In this document: positions 28,361 through 41,096 of the stretch, one piece after another
Layout of the letters: each line of letters begins with the position of its first letter
Numbering within the stretch: the stretch's first letter is position 1
Assembly: GCF_046105845.1 (NCBI RefSeq)
Contig: NZ_CP151004.1
Length of the DNA: 64,000 nt
Strand: one strand, 5' to 3'
From: Escherichia coli
GTDB lineage: Bacteria > Pseudomonadota > Gammaproteobacteria > Enterobacterales > Enterobacteriaceae
Notes under the pieces: generated by a model
Told to the model about the DNA's origin: nothing
The model's database searches: none
Seen by the model: only the letters and a program-made list of their open reading frames with translations
Position numbers and translations under genes: made by a program

Positions 28361-28495
28361 CATCTTTTATCGGAGACAGGAAGAGTTTAGTGTGTTTTTT
28401 GTAAAATAATGCGCTTAAGGGAGAGCAGGAGAAGGCAAAAGTATTCAACAAATGAAAGTGAACTGGATATTCATTCACGTGATTAGCAATAAACG

Positions 28496-28525
28496 TTGAC
28501 AAAATGTGGCATGGATCACTATAAT
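28496..28525 (+). promoter_or_regulatory. Candidate distal sigma70 promoter of the metY operon
   Basis: TTGACA (28496-28501), 18-bp spacer, TATAAT (28520-28525). Confidence 0.55.
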
Positions 28526-28573
28526 GCCTGCAGATTTTACGTCCCGTCTCGGTACACCAAATCCCAGCAGTAT

Positions 28574-28602
28574 TTGCATTTTTTACCCAAAACGAGTAGA
28601 AT
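28574..28602 (+). promoter_or_regulatory. Candidate proximal sigma70 promoter of metY
   Basis: TTGCAT (28574-28579), 17-bp spacer, TAGAAT (28597-28602); about 15 nt upstream of the mature tRNA 5' end. Confidence 0.55.
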
Positions 28603-28617
28603 TTGCCACGTTTCAGG

Positions 28618-28694
<77 letters not shown>

Positions 28695-28816
28695 CTTTCC
28701 CTTAGAGTCCTTTTTCAAATATACTGTGAAGACTTCGGCCTTCGTAGTGGGATTTGAAAAAATCCTTCTGGAAAGTGCTCCAGACCGCAGTTGCGGTTAT
28801 AGGGTTCAGTTATATA

Positions 28817-28842
28817 AAGCCCCGATTTATCGGGGTTTTTTG
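28817..28842 (+). terminator. Intrinsic terminator/attenuator between metY and rimP
   Basis: aaagccccgatttatcggggttttttg; a second weaker hairpin gggctttaggcccttttttt at 28864-28883. Confidence 0.65.
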
Positions 28843-28900
28843 TTATCTGACTACAGAATAACTGGGCTTTAGGCCCTTTTTTTATGTCTTGGGGGTGGGC

Positions 28901-29353
28901 TTGTCCACATTAGAGCAAAAATTAACAGAGATGATTACTGCGCCAGTTGAGGCCCTGGGTTTTGAACTGGTTGGCATCGAATTTATTCGCGGTCGCACAT
29001 CCACACTGCGCATCTATATTGATAGTGAAGATGGCATCAATGTTGATGATTGTGCTGATGTGAGCCACCAGGTAAGTGCTGTGCTGGATGTTGAAGATCC
29101 CATCACCGTTGCTTATAACCTGGAAGTCTCCTCACCGGGTCTCGATCGCCCACTGTTCACGGCTGAACACTACGCCCGTTTCGTCGGAGAAGAGGTGACT
29201 CTGGTTCTCCGCATGGCGGTACAAAACCGTCGTAAATGGCAGGGCGTTATCAAAGCGGTAGACGGTGAAATGATCACAGTTACCGTCGAAGGTAAAGATG
29301 AAGTGTTCGCGCTGAGTAATATCCAGAAGGCGAACCTGGTTCCCCACTTTTAA
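28901..29353 (+). CDS. rimP: Ribosome maturation factor RimP (YhbC), 150 aa
   Basis: ORF 28889..29353; conserved N-terminus [27 protein letters not shown], likely TTG start at 28901. Confidence 0.88.
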
Positions 29354-29380
29354 TAGTCTGGATGAGGTGAAAAGCCCGCG

Positions 29381-30868
<1,488 letters not shown>

Positions 30869-30892
30869 TAAACTGTAGCAGGAAGGAACAGC

Positions 30893-33565
30893 ATGACAGA
30901 TGTAACGATTAAAACGCTGGCCGCAGAGCGACAGACCTCCGTGGAACGCCTGGTACAGCAATTTGCTGATGCAGGTATCCGGAAGTCTGCTGACGACTCT
31001 GTGTCTGCACAAGAGAAACAGACTTTGATTGACCACCTGAATCAGAAAAATTCAGGCCCGGACAAATTGACGCTGCAACGTAAAACACGCAGCACCCTTA
31101 ACATTCCTGGTACCGGTGGAAAAAGCAAATCGGTACAAATCGAAGTCCGCAAGAAACGCACCTTTGTGAAACGCGATCCGCAAGAGGCTGAACGCCTTGC
31201 TGCGGAAGAGCAAGCGCAGCGTGAAGCGGAAGAGCAAGCCCGTCGTGAGGCAGAAGAATCGGCTAAACGCGAGGCGCAACAAAAAGCTGAACGTGAGGCC
31301 GCAGAACAAGCTAAGCGTGAAGCTGCTGAACAAGCGAAACGTGAAGCTGCGGAAAAAGACAAAGTGAGCAATCAACAAGACGATATGACTAAAAACGCCC
31401 AGGCTGAAAAAGCCCGCCGTGAGCAGGAAGCTGCAGAGCTCAAGCGTAAAGCCGAAGAAGAAGCGCGTCGTAAACTCGAAGAAGAAGCACGTCGCGTTGC
31501 TGAAGAAGCACGTCGTATGGCGGAAGAAAACAAATGGACTGATAACGCGGAACCGACTGAAGATTCCAGCGATTATCACGTCACTACTTCTCAACATGCT
31601 CGCCAGGCAGAAGACGAAAGCGATCGTGAAGTCGAAGGCGGCCGTGGCCGTGGTCGTAACGCGAAAGCTGCGCGTCCGAAGAAAGGCAACAAACACGCTG
31701 AATCAAAAGCTGATCGTGAAGAAGCACGCGCAGCAGTACGTGGCGGTAAGGGCGGAAAACGTAAAGGTTCTTCGCTGCAGCAAGGCTTCCAGAAGCCTGC
31801 TCAGGCCGTTAACCGTGACGTTGTGATCGGCGAAACCATCACCGTTGGCGAACTGGCGAACAAGATGGCGGTTAAAGGCTCTCAGGTCATCAAAGCGATG
31901 ATGAAACTGGGCGCAATGGCAACCATCAACCAGGTTATCGATCAGGAAACCGCACAGCTGGTTGCTGAAGAGATGGGCCACAAAGTTATCCTGCGTCGTG
32001 AAAACGAGCTGGAAGAAGCGGTAATGAGCGACCGTGACACGGGTGCAGCGGCTGAACCGCGCGCGCCGGTTGTGACCATCATGGGTCACGTTGACCACGG
32101 TAAAACCTCTCTACTGGACTACATTCGTTCAACGAAAGTGGCCTCTGGCGAAGCGGGCGGCATTACCCAGCACATTGGTGCATACCACGTTGAAACTGAA
32201 AACGGCATGATCACCTTCCTGGACACCCCGGGGCACGCCGCGTTTACTTCAATGCGTGCTCGTGGTGCGCAGGCAACGGACATCGTAGTCCTGGTTGTTG
32301 CTGCCGACGACGGCGTAATGCCGCAGACCATCGAAGCAATCCAGCACGCGAAAGCGGCGCAGGTTCCGGTGGTCGTTGCAGTGAACAAGATCGATAAACC
32401 AGAAGCCGATCCGGATCGCGTTAAGAACGAACTCTCCCAGTACGGCATCCTGCCGGAAGAGTGGGGCGGTGAAAGCCAGTTCGTACATGTGTCTGCGAAA
32501 GCGGGTACTGGTATCGATGAGCTGCTGGACGCTATCCTGCTGCAGGCGGAAGTTCTGGAACTGAAAGCGGTACGTAAAGGCATGGCGAGCGGTGCGGTTA
32601 TCGAATCCTTCCTCGATAAAGGTCGTGGTCCGGTTGCTACCGTTCTGGTACGTGAAGGTACTCTGCACAAGGGCGATATCGTTCTGTGTGGCTTCGAATA
32701 CGGTCGTGTTCGTGCGATGCGTAACGAACTGGGTCAGGAAGTGCTGGAAGCGGGTCCGTCCATTCCGGTGGAAATCCTCGGCCTGTCCGGCGTTCCGGCT
32801 GCGGGTGATGAAGTTACCGTTGTACGTGACGAGAAGAAAGCGCGTGAAGTTGCACTCTATCGTCAGGGTAAATTCCGCGAAGTTAAACTGGCGCGTCAGC
32901 AGAAATCTAAACTCGAGAACATGTTCGCCAACATGACCGAAGGCGAAGTTCACGAAGTGAATATCGTCCTGAAGGCAGACGTACAGGGTTCCGTGGAAGC
33001 TATCTCCGACTCCTTGCTGAAACTGTCTACTGACGAAGTTAAAGTGAAGATCATCGGTTCTGGCGTAGGTGGTATCACCGAAACCGACGCTACCCTGGCT
33101 GCGGCGTCCAACGCCATCCTGGTTGGCTTCAACGTACGTGCTGATGCCTCTGCACGTAAAGTAATTGAAGCGGAAAGCCTGGATCTGCGTTACTACTCCG
33201 TCATCTATAACCTGATCGACGAAGTGAAAGCGGCAATGAGCGGTATGCTGTCTCCGGAACTGAAACAACAGATTATCGGTCTGGCGGAAGTTCGTGACGT
33301 ATTCAAATCACCGAAATTTGGTGCCATCGCAGGTTGTATGGTTACCGAAGGTGTGGTTAAACGTCACAACCCGATCCGCGTTCTGCGCGACAACGTGGTT
33401 ATCTACGAAGGCGAGCTGGAGTCCCTGCGCCGCTTCAAAGATGACGTTAACGAAGTCCGTAACGGTATGGAATGTGGTATCGGCGTTAAGAACTACAACG
33501 ACGTCCGCACTGGTGATGTGATCGAAGTATTCGAAATCATCGAAATCCAACGTACCATCGCTTAA
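30893..33565 (+). CDS. infB: Translation initiation factor IF-2, 890 aa
   Basis: [31 protein letters not shown]; G domain GHVDHGKTS; in-frame internal GTG (31364) and ATG (31385) at codons 158 and 165. Confidence 0.97.
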
Positions 33566-33578
33566 GGTTGTCTGGGTT

Positions 33579-33656
33579 GTAGGCCGGATAAGGCTTTTAC
33601 GCCGCATCCGGCAGCCGTTGCCTGATGCGACGCTCGCGCGTCTTATCAGGCCTACA
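33579..33656. repeat. REP/BIME element (two inverted REP units) in the infB-rbfA spacer
   Basis: gtaggccggataaggcttttacgccgcatccggca and gcctgatgcgacgctcgcgcgtcttatcaggcctaca match the REP palindromic unit consensus. Confidence 0.8.
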
Positions 33657-33683
33657 CAGCCCTTTCCACCTGAGATTAATTTT

Positions 33684-33708
33684 AAAAGGGGCTATGGCCC
33701 CTTTTTTG
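33684..33708 (+). terminator. Hairpin plus T-run immediately upstream of the rbfA RBS (partial terminator/attenuator)
   Basis: aaaaggggctatggccccttttttg, followed by aggag RBS and rbfA ATG. Confidence 0.6.
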
Positions 33709-33723
33709 TCAGGAGAATTTATT

Positions 33724-34125
33724 ATGGCGAAAGAATTTGGTCGCCCGCAGCGCGTAGCGCAGGAAATGCAAAAAGAGATCGCTCTCATCCTGCAGCGTGA
33801 AATTAAAGATCCTCGTCTGGGCATGATGACCACCGTTTCCGGTGTCGAAATGTCTCGCGACCTGGCGTATGCCAAAGTATATGTAACGTTCCTCAACGAC
33901 AAAGATGAAGACGCGGTTAAAGCGGGCATCAAAGCGCTGCAGGAAGCTTCTGGTTTCATCCGCAGCCTGCTGGGGAAAGCGATGCGCCTGCGTATCGTGC
34001 CGGAACTGACCTTCTTCTACGACAACTCGCTGGTTGAAGGGATGCGCATGTCAAACCTGGTGACCAGCGTGGTCAAACATGACGAAGAACGTCGTGTTAA
34101 CCCGGACGACAGCAAGGAGGACTAA
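33724..34125 (+). CDS. rbfA: Ribosome-binding factor A, 133 aa
   Basis: ORF 33625..34125; conserved start [36 protein letters not shown] at ATG 33724. Confidence 0.93.
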
Positions 34126-35069
34126 TGAGTCGTCCTCGTCGTCGCGGTCGCGACATTAACGGTGTTTTGTTGCTGGATAAACCGCAGGGTATGTCCAGCA
34201 ACGATGCGCTGCAAAAAGTGAAACGTATATATAACGCCAACCGTGCCGGGCATACCGGTGCGCTGGACCCGCTGGCGACCGGCATGTTGCCGATTTGCCT
34301 CGGGGAAGCGACGAAGTTTTCCCAGTATCTGTTGGACTCCGACAAACGCTATCGGGTCATTGCGCGTCTTGGACAGCGTACCGATACTTCTGATGCCGAC
34401 GGACAAATCGTTGAAGAACGTCCGGTAACCTTTAGCGCAGAGCAACTGGCGGCGGCACTGGATACTTTCCGTGGCGATATCGAACAGATCCCATCGATGT
34501 ATTCAGCACTGAAATACCAGGGCAAAAAACTGTACGAATATGCACGTCAGGGCATTGAAGTTCCGCGTGAAGCGCGTCCGATTACCGTTTATGAACTGCT
34601 GTTTATTCGCCATGAAGGCAATGAGCTGGAGCTGGAAATTCACTGCTCAAAAGGCACTTATATCCGCACCATCATTGATGACCTGGGTGAAAAACTCGGT
34701 TGTGGCGCGCATGTTATTTACCTGCGTCGTCTGGCGGTAAGTAAATATCCGGTTGAACGGATGGTGACCCTGGAACATCTGCGTGAACTGGTTGAGCAAG
34801 CCGAACAGCAGGATATTCCGGCTGCGGAGTTACTTGATCCATTACTGATGCCAATGGACAGTCCAGCTTCGGACTACCCGGTGGTGAATCTTCCGTTAAC
34901 GTCTTCTGTTTACTTCAAAAATGGTAACCCGGTTCGTACATCCGGTGCGCCGCTGGAAGGACTGGTTCGCGTTACAGAAGGTGAGAACGGCAAGTTTATC
35001 GGTATGGGCGAAATTGACGATGAAGGCCGCGTCGCGCCTCGTCGGCTGGTGGTTGAATACCCGGCGTAA
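34125..35069 (+). CDS. truB: tRNA pseudouridine-55 synthase, 314 aa
   Basis: [64 protein letters not shown] (catalytic Asp in GALDPLATG). Confidence 0.96.
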
Positions 35070-35081
35070 TGTTAACCGTCT

Positions 35082-35110
35082 TGCGATAACAGGTCGCTAC
35101 GAGTAGAATA
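35082..35110 (+). promoter_or_regulatory. Candidate sigma70 promoter for rpsO
   Basis: TTGCGA (35082-35087), 17-bp spacer, TAGAAT (35105-35110), just downstream of the truB stop. Confidence 0.55.
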
Positions 35111-35121
35111 CTGCCGCTTAA

Positions 35122-35487
<366 letters not shown>

Positions 35488-35502
35488 TTCTTGCGAGTTT
35501 CA

Positions 35503-35531
35503 GAAAAGGGGGCCTGAGTGGCCCCTTTTTT
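35503..35531 (+). terminator. Rho-independent terminator after rpsO
   Basis: aaaagggggcctgagtggccccttttttc. Confidence 0.8.
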
Positions 35532-35733
35532 CAAGCTGACGGCAGCAATTCACTGGAAACTAATGTATTGTTGCTATGAATGATCTTCCGTTGCAGAGGT
35601 TCGCGCGGCTAATGAGAGGCTTTACCCACATTGGGCTGGGTTAGGGTTGTCATTAGTCGCGAGGATGCGCAGAAGATCGGGTATTAACACCAGTGCCGTA
35701 AGGTACTGTCTAAGAAAGAGAAAGGATATTACA

Positions 35734-37869
35734 TTGCTTAATCCGATCGTTCGTAAATTCCAGTACGGCCAACACACCGTGACTCTGGAAACCGGCATGA
35801 TGGCTCGTCAGGCTACTGCCGCTGTTATGGTTAGCATGGATGACACCGCGGTATTCGTTACCGTTGTTGGCCAGAAAAAAGCCAAACCAGGTCAGGACTT
35901 CTTCCCACTGACCGTTAACTATCAGGAGCGTACCTACGCTGCTGGTCGTATCCCGGGTAGCTTCTTCCGTCGTGAAGGCCGCCCAAGCGAAGGCGAAACC
36001 CTGATCGCGCGTCTGATTGACCGCCCGATTCGCCCGCTGTTCCCGGAAGGCTTCGTCAACGAAGTTCAGGTTATCGCCACCGTGGTTTCTGTTAACCCGC
36101 AGGTTAACCCGGATATCGTCGCGATGATTGGTGCTTCCGCAGCACTGTCTCTGTCTGGTATTCCGTTCAATGGTCCGATTGGTGCTGCCCGCGTAGGTTA
36201 CATCAATGACCAGTACGTACTGAACCCGACTCAGGACGAACTGAAAGAGAGCAAACTGGATCTGGTTGTTGCGGGTACTGAAGCCGCTGTACTGATGGTT
36301 GAATCTGAAGCTGAACTGCTGAGCGAAGACCAGATGCTGGGCGCAGTAGTGTTCGGTCATGAACAACAGCAGGTTGTTATTCAGAACATCAATGAACTGG
36401 TGAAAGAAGCCGGTAAACCGCGTTGGGACTGGCAGCCGGAGCCGGTAAACGAAGCGCTGAACGCGCGCGTTGCTGCACTGGCTGAAGCTCGTCTGAGCGA
36501 TGCTTACCGTATCACCGACAAACAAGAGCGTTATGCGCAGGTTGATGTCATCAAATCTGAAACCATCGCGACGCTGCTTGCTGAAGACGAAACCCTGGAC
36601 GAAAACGAACTGGGTGAAATTCTGCACGCTATCGAGAAAAACGTTGTTCGTAGCCGCGTACTGGCAGGCGAACCGCGTATCGACGGTCGTGAAAAAGATA
36701 TGATCCGTGGTCTGGATGTGCGTACTGGCGTGCTGCCGCGTACTCACGGTTCTGCGCTGTTCACCCGTGGTGAAACGCAGGCACTGGTTACTGCAACGCT
36801 GGGTACCGCTCGTGACGCACAGGTTCTTGATGAACTGATGGGCGAACGTACCGACACCTTCCTGTTCCACTACAACTTCCCTCCGTACTCCGTAGGCGAA
36901 ACCGGCATGGTCGGTTCTCCGAAGCGTCGTGAAATTGGTCACGGTCGTCTGGCGAAGCGCGGCGTGCTGGCAGTAATGCCGGATATGGACAAATTCCCGT
37001 ATACCGTACGTGTGGTGTCTGAAATCACTGAATCCAACGGTTCTTCTTCTATGGCTTCCGTGTGCGGCGCGTCTCTGGCGCTGATGGACGCAGGTGTGCC
37101 AATCAAAGCTGCCGTTGCGGGTATCGCAATGGGTCTGGTGAAAGAAGGCGACAACTACGTTGTACTGTCTGACATTTTGGGTGACGAAGATCACCTGGGC
37201 GATATGGACTTCAAAGTTGCGGGTTCCCGCGACGGTATCTCTGCATTGCAGATGGATATCAAAATTGAAGGTATCACCAAAGAGATCATGCAGGTTGCGC
37301 TGAACCAGGCTAAAGGTGCGCGTCTGCATATCCTGGGCGTAATGGAACAGGCGATCAACGCGCCGCGTGGCGATATCTCTGAGTTCGCACCGCGTATCCA
37401 TACCATCAAGATCAACCCGGACAAGATCAAAGATGTTATCGGTAAAGGCGGTTCTGTAATCCGTGCTCTGACCGAAGAAACTGGCACCACCATCGAAATC
37501 GAAGATGACGGTACTGTGAAGATCGCAGCGACCGACGGCGAGAAAGCGAAACATGCTATTCGTCGTATCGAAGAGATCACTGCAGAAATCGAAGTGGGCC
37601 GCGTCTACAATGGTAAAGTGACCCGTATCGTTGACTTTGGCGCATTTGTTGCCATCGGTGGCGGTAAAGAAGGTTTGGTACACATCTCTCAGATCGCTGA
37701 CAAACGCGTTGAGAAAGTGACCGATTACCTGCAGATGGGTCAGGAAGTACCGGTGAAAGTTCTGGAAGTTGATCGCCAGGGCCGTATCCGTCTGAGCATT
37801 AAAGAAGCGACTGAGCAGTCTCAACCTGCTGCAGCACCGGAAGCTCCGGCTGCTGAACAGGGCGAGTAA
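35734..37869 (+). CDS. pnp: Polynucleotide phosphorylase, 711 aa, TTG start
   Basis: ORF 35647..37869; conserved N-terminus [30 protein letters not shown] from TTG at 35734; KH and S1 domains at C-terminus. Confidence 0.95.
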   Translation: MLNPIVRKFQYGQHTVTLETGMMARQATAAVMVSMDDTAVFVTVVGQKKAKPGQDFFPLTVNYQERTYAAGRIPGSFFRREGRPSEGETLIARLIDRPIRPLFPEGFVNEVQVIATVVSVNPQVNPDIVAMIGASAALSLSGIPFNGPIGAARVGYINDQYVLNPTQDELKESKLDLVVAGTEAAVLMVESEAELLSEDQMLGAVVFGHEQQQVVIQNINELVKEAGKPRWDWQPEPVNEALNARVAALAEARLSDAYRITDKQERYAQVDVIKSETIATLLAEDETLDENELGEILHAIEKNVVRSRVLAGEPRIDGREKDMIRGLDVRTGVLPRTHGSALFTRGETQALVTATLGTARDAQVLDELMGERTDTFLFHYNFPPYSVGETGMVGSPKRREIGHGRLAKRGVLAVMPDMDKFPYTVRVVSEITESNGSSSMASVCGASLALMDAGVPIKAAVAGIAMGLVKEGDNYVVLSDILGDEDHLGDMDFKVAGSRDGISALQMDIKIEGITKEIMQVALNQAKGARLHILGVMEQAINAPRGDISEFAPRIHTIKINPDKIKDVIGKGGSVIRALTEETGTTIEIEDDGTVKIAATDGEKAKHAIRRIEEITAEIEVGRVYNGKVTRIVDFGAFVAIGGGKEGLVHISQIADKRVEKVTDYLQMGQEVPVKVLEVDRQGRIRLSIKEATEQSQPAAAPEAPAAEQGE

Positions 37870-37878
37870 GGTTGCCAT

Positions 37879-37907
37879 TTGCCCTCCGCTGCGGCGGGGG
37901 GCTTTTA
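37879..37907 (+). terminator. Candidate terminator hairpin after pnp
   Basis: gccctccgctgcggcggggggctttt (imperfect stem, short T-run). Confidence 0.45.
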
Positions 37908-37977
37908 ACCGGGCAGGACGCCTTGTTAGCAACCGGGAACAGGACGTTCATTCAACCGTGGTCTTCGGGAGTGGGAA

Positions 37978-38862
37978 ATGAAGCCTTTTTTGCGCTGGTG
38001 TTTCGTTGCGACAGCACTTACGCTTGCAGGATGCAGTAATACTTCCTGGCGTAAAAGTGAAGTCCTCGCGGTACCATTGCAACCGACTTTACAGCAGGAA
38101 GTGATTCTGGCACGTATGGAACAAATCCTTGCCAGTCGGGCTTTAACCGATGACGAACGCGCACAGCTTTTATATGAGCGCGGAGTGTTGTATGATAGTC
38201 TCGGTCTGAGGGCATTAGCGCGTAACGATTTTTCGCAAGCGCTGGCAATCCGACCGGATATGCCTGAAGTATTCAATTACTTAGGCATATATTTAACGCA
38301 GGCAGGCAATTTTGATGCTGCCTATGAAGCGTTTGATTCTGTACTTGAGCTTGATCCAACTTACAACTACGCGCACTTGAATCGCGGGATCGCATTATAT
38401 TACGGCGGTCGTGACAAGTTAGCGCAAGATGATCTGCTGGCGTTTTATCAAGACGATCCCAATGATCCTTTCCGTAGTCTGTGGCTTTATCTCGCCGAGC
38501 AGAAGCTCGATGAGAAGCAGGCTAAAGAAGTGTTGAAACAGCACTTCGAAAAATCGGATAAGGAACAGTGGGGATGGAACATTGTCGAGTTCTACCTGGG
38601 CAACATTAGCGAACAAACGTTAATGGAAAGGCTCAAGGCGGACGCAACGGATAACACCTCGCTCGCTGAGCATCTCAGTGAAACCAACTTCTATTTAGGT
38701 AAGTACTACCTAAGTCTGGGGGATTTGGACAGCGCCACGGCACTGTTCAAACTGGCGGTTGCCAACAACGTTCATAACTTTGTTGAGCACCGATACGCAT
38801 TGTTGGAATTATCGCTCCTGGGCCAGGACCAAGATGACCTGGCAGAATCGGACCAGCAATAG
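37978..38862 (+). CDS. nlpI: TPR-repeat outer-membrane lipoprotein NlpI, 294 aa
   Basis: [28 protein letters not shown] (lipobox LAGC); TPR-like repeats. Confidence 0.95.
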
Positions 38863-39041
38863 CTGACGTACACATCAGCCCGTAATCTTTTTTGATTGCC
38901 ATCACCTTAACGGGTGAGGGCGTTGTTGTTCGTTAATACACCTACTTTGAGCCGGTTCACACTTTTCAATGAAAATTGCTGATCAATTTCATGATGAGTT
39001 ATGTAGACTGGCCGCCATTAATTTTGAGGCACACGTACTAC

Positions 39042-40943
39042 ATGGCTGAATTCGAAACCACTTTTGCAGATCTGGGCCTGAAGGCTCCTATCCTTGAAGC
39101 CCTTAACGATCTGGGTTACGAAAAACCATCTCCAATTCAGGCAGAGTGTATTCCACATCTGCTGAATGGCCGCGACGTCCTGGGTATGGCCCAGACGGGG
39201 AGCGGAAAAACTGCAGCATTCTCTTTACCTCTGCTGCAGAATCTTGATCCTGAGCTGAAAGCACCACAGATTCTGGTGCTGGCACCGACCCGCGAACTGG
39301 CGGTACAGGTTGCTGAGGCAATGACGGATTTCTCTAAACACATGCGCGGCGTAAACGTGGTTGCCCTGTACGGCGGCCAGCGTTATGACGTGCAATTACG
39401 CGCCCTGCGTCAGGGGCCGCAGATCGTTGTCGGTACTCCGGGCCGTCTGCTGGATCACCTGAAACGTGGCACTCTGGACCTTTCTAAACTGAGCGGTCTG
39501 GTTCTGGATGAAGCTGACGAAATGCTGCGCATGGGCTTCATCGAAGACGTTGAAACCATTATGGCGCAGATCCCGGAAGGTCATCAGACCGCTCTGTTCT
39601 CTGCAACCATGCCGGAAGCGATTCGTCGCATTACCCGCCGCTTTATGAAAGAGCCGCAGGAAGTGCGCATTCAGTCCAGCGTGACTACCCGTCCTGACAT
39701 CAGCCAGAGCTACTGGACTGTCTGGGGTATGCGTAAAAACGAAGCACTGGTACGTTTCCTGGAAGCGGAAGATTTTGATGCGGCGATTATCTTCGTTCGT
39801 ACCAAAAATGCGACTCTGGAAGTGGCTGAAGCTCTTGAGCGTAACGGCTACAACAGCGCCGCGCTAAACGGTGACATGAACCAGGCGCTGCGTGAGCAGA
39901 CACTGGAACGCCTGAAAGATGGTCGTCTGGACATCCTGATTGCGACCGACGTTGCGGCCCGTGGCCTGGACGTTGAGCGTATCAGCCTGGTAGTTAACTA
40001 CGATATCCCGATGGATTCTGAGTCTTACGTTCACCGTATCGGTCGTACTGGTCGTGCGGGCCGTGCTGGCCGTGCGCTGCTGTTCGTTGAGAACCGTGAG
40101 CGTCGTCTGCTGCGCAACATTGAACGCACCATGAAGCTGACCATTCCGGAAGTTGAACTGCCGAACGCAGAACTGCTGGGCAAACGTCGTCTGGAAAAAT
40201 TCGCCGCTAAAGTACAGCAGCAGCTGGAAAGCAGCGATCTGGATCAATACCGTGCACTGCTGAGCAAAATTCAGCCGACTGCCGAAGGCGAAGAGCTGGA
40301 TCTCGAAACTCTGGCCGCCGCACTGCTGAAAATGGCACAGGGTGAACGTACTCTGATTGTTCCGCCAGATGCGCCGATGCGTCCGAAACGTGAATTCCGT
40401 GACCGTGATGACCGTGGTCCGCGCGATCGTAACGACCGTGGCCCGCGTGGTGACCGTGAAGATCGTCCGCGTCGTGAACGTCGTGATGTTGGCGATATGC
40501 AGCTGTACCGCATTGAAGTGGGCCGCGATGATGGTGTTGAAGTTCGTCATATCGTTGGCGCGATTGCTAACGAAGGTGACATCAGCAGCCGTTACATTGG
40601 TAACATCAAGCTGTTTGCTTCTCACTCCACCATCGAACTGCCAAAAGGTATGCCGGGTGAAGTGCTGCAACACTTTACGCGTACTCGCATTCTCAACAAG
40701 CCGATGAACATGCAGTTACTGGGCGATGCACAGCCGCATACTGGCGGTGAGCGTCGTGGCGGTGGTCGTGGTTTCGGTGGCGAACGTCGTGAAGGTGGTC
40801 GTGAAGGCGGTCGTAACTTCAGCGGTGAACGCCGTGAAGGTGGTCGTGGTGATGGTCGTCGTTTTAGCGGCGAACGTCGTGAAGGCCGCGCTCCGCGTCG
40901 TGATGACTCTACCGGTCGTCGTCGTTTCGGTGGTGATGCGTAA
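39042..40943 (+). CDS. deaD: Cold-shock DEAD-box RNA helicase DeaD/CsdA
   Basis: ORF 38976..40943; conserved start [33 protein letters not shown] at ATG 39042; Walker [13 protein letters not shown] motif [11 protein letters not shown]; RGG/RE-rich C-terminal tail. Confidence 0.95.
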
Positions 40944-40969
40944 TCATCGCTGAACAGCGAACACAATCT

Positions 40970-40987
40970 GTAAAATAATATATACAG
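40970..40987. promoter_or_regulatory. TyrR-box-like sequence upstream of mtr
   Basis: TGTAAAataataTATACA versus consensus TGTAAA-N6-TTTACA (one mismatch); overlaps the deaD terminator. Confidence 0.45.
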
Positions 40988-41018
40988 CCCCGATTTTTAC
41001 CATCGGGGCTTTTTTTCT
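40986..41018 (+). terminator. Rho-independent terminator after deaD
   Basis: cagccccgatttttaccatcggggctttttttct. Confidence 0.8.
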
Positions 41019-41026
41019 GTCTTTTG

Positions 41027-41047
41027 TACTCGTGTACTGGTACAGTG
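41027..41047. promoter_or_regulatory. TrpR operator-like palindrome in the mtr promoter region
   Basis: gtACTcGTgtACTgGTACagt resembles the trp operator half-sites ACTAGT..ACTAGTAC; about 50 bp upstream of the mtr ATG. Confidence 0.5.
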
Positions 41048-41096
41048 CAATGCATAACAACGCAGTCGCACTATTTTTCACTGGAGAAAAGCCCTC

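Noticed and set aside
35710-37932. 740-aa ORF antisense to pnp, with similar long antisense ORFs at 20202..21689 (ftsH), 29567..31036 (nusA), 32249..33268 (infB), 27224..28297 (argG), 39864..40673 (deaD) and 1669..2229 (rpoN)
   Set aside because: Each lies exactly opposite a well-conserved gene; the products are low-complexity and unlike any known protein. Long stop-free antisense frames are expected opposite GC-rich, codon-biased genes.
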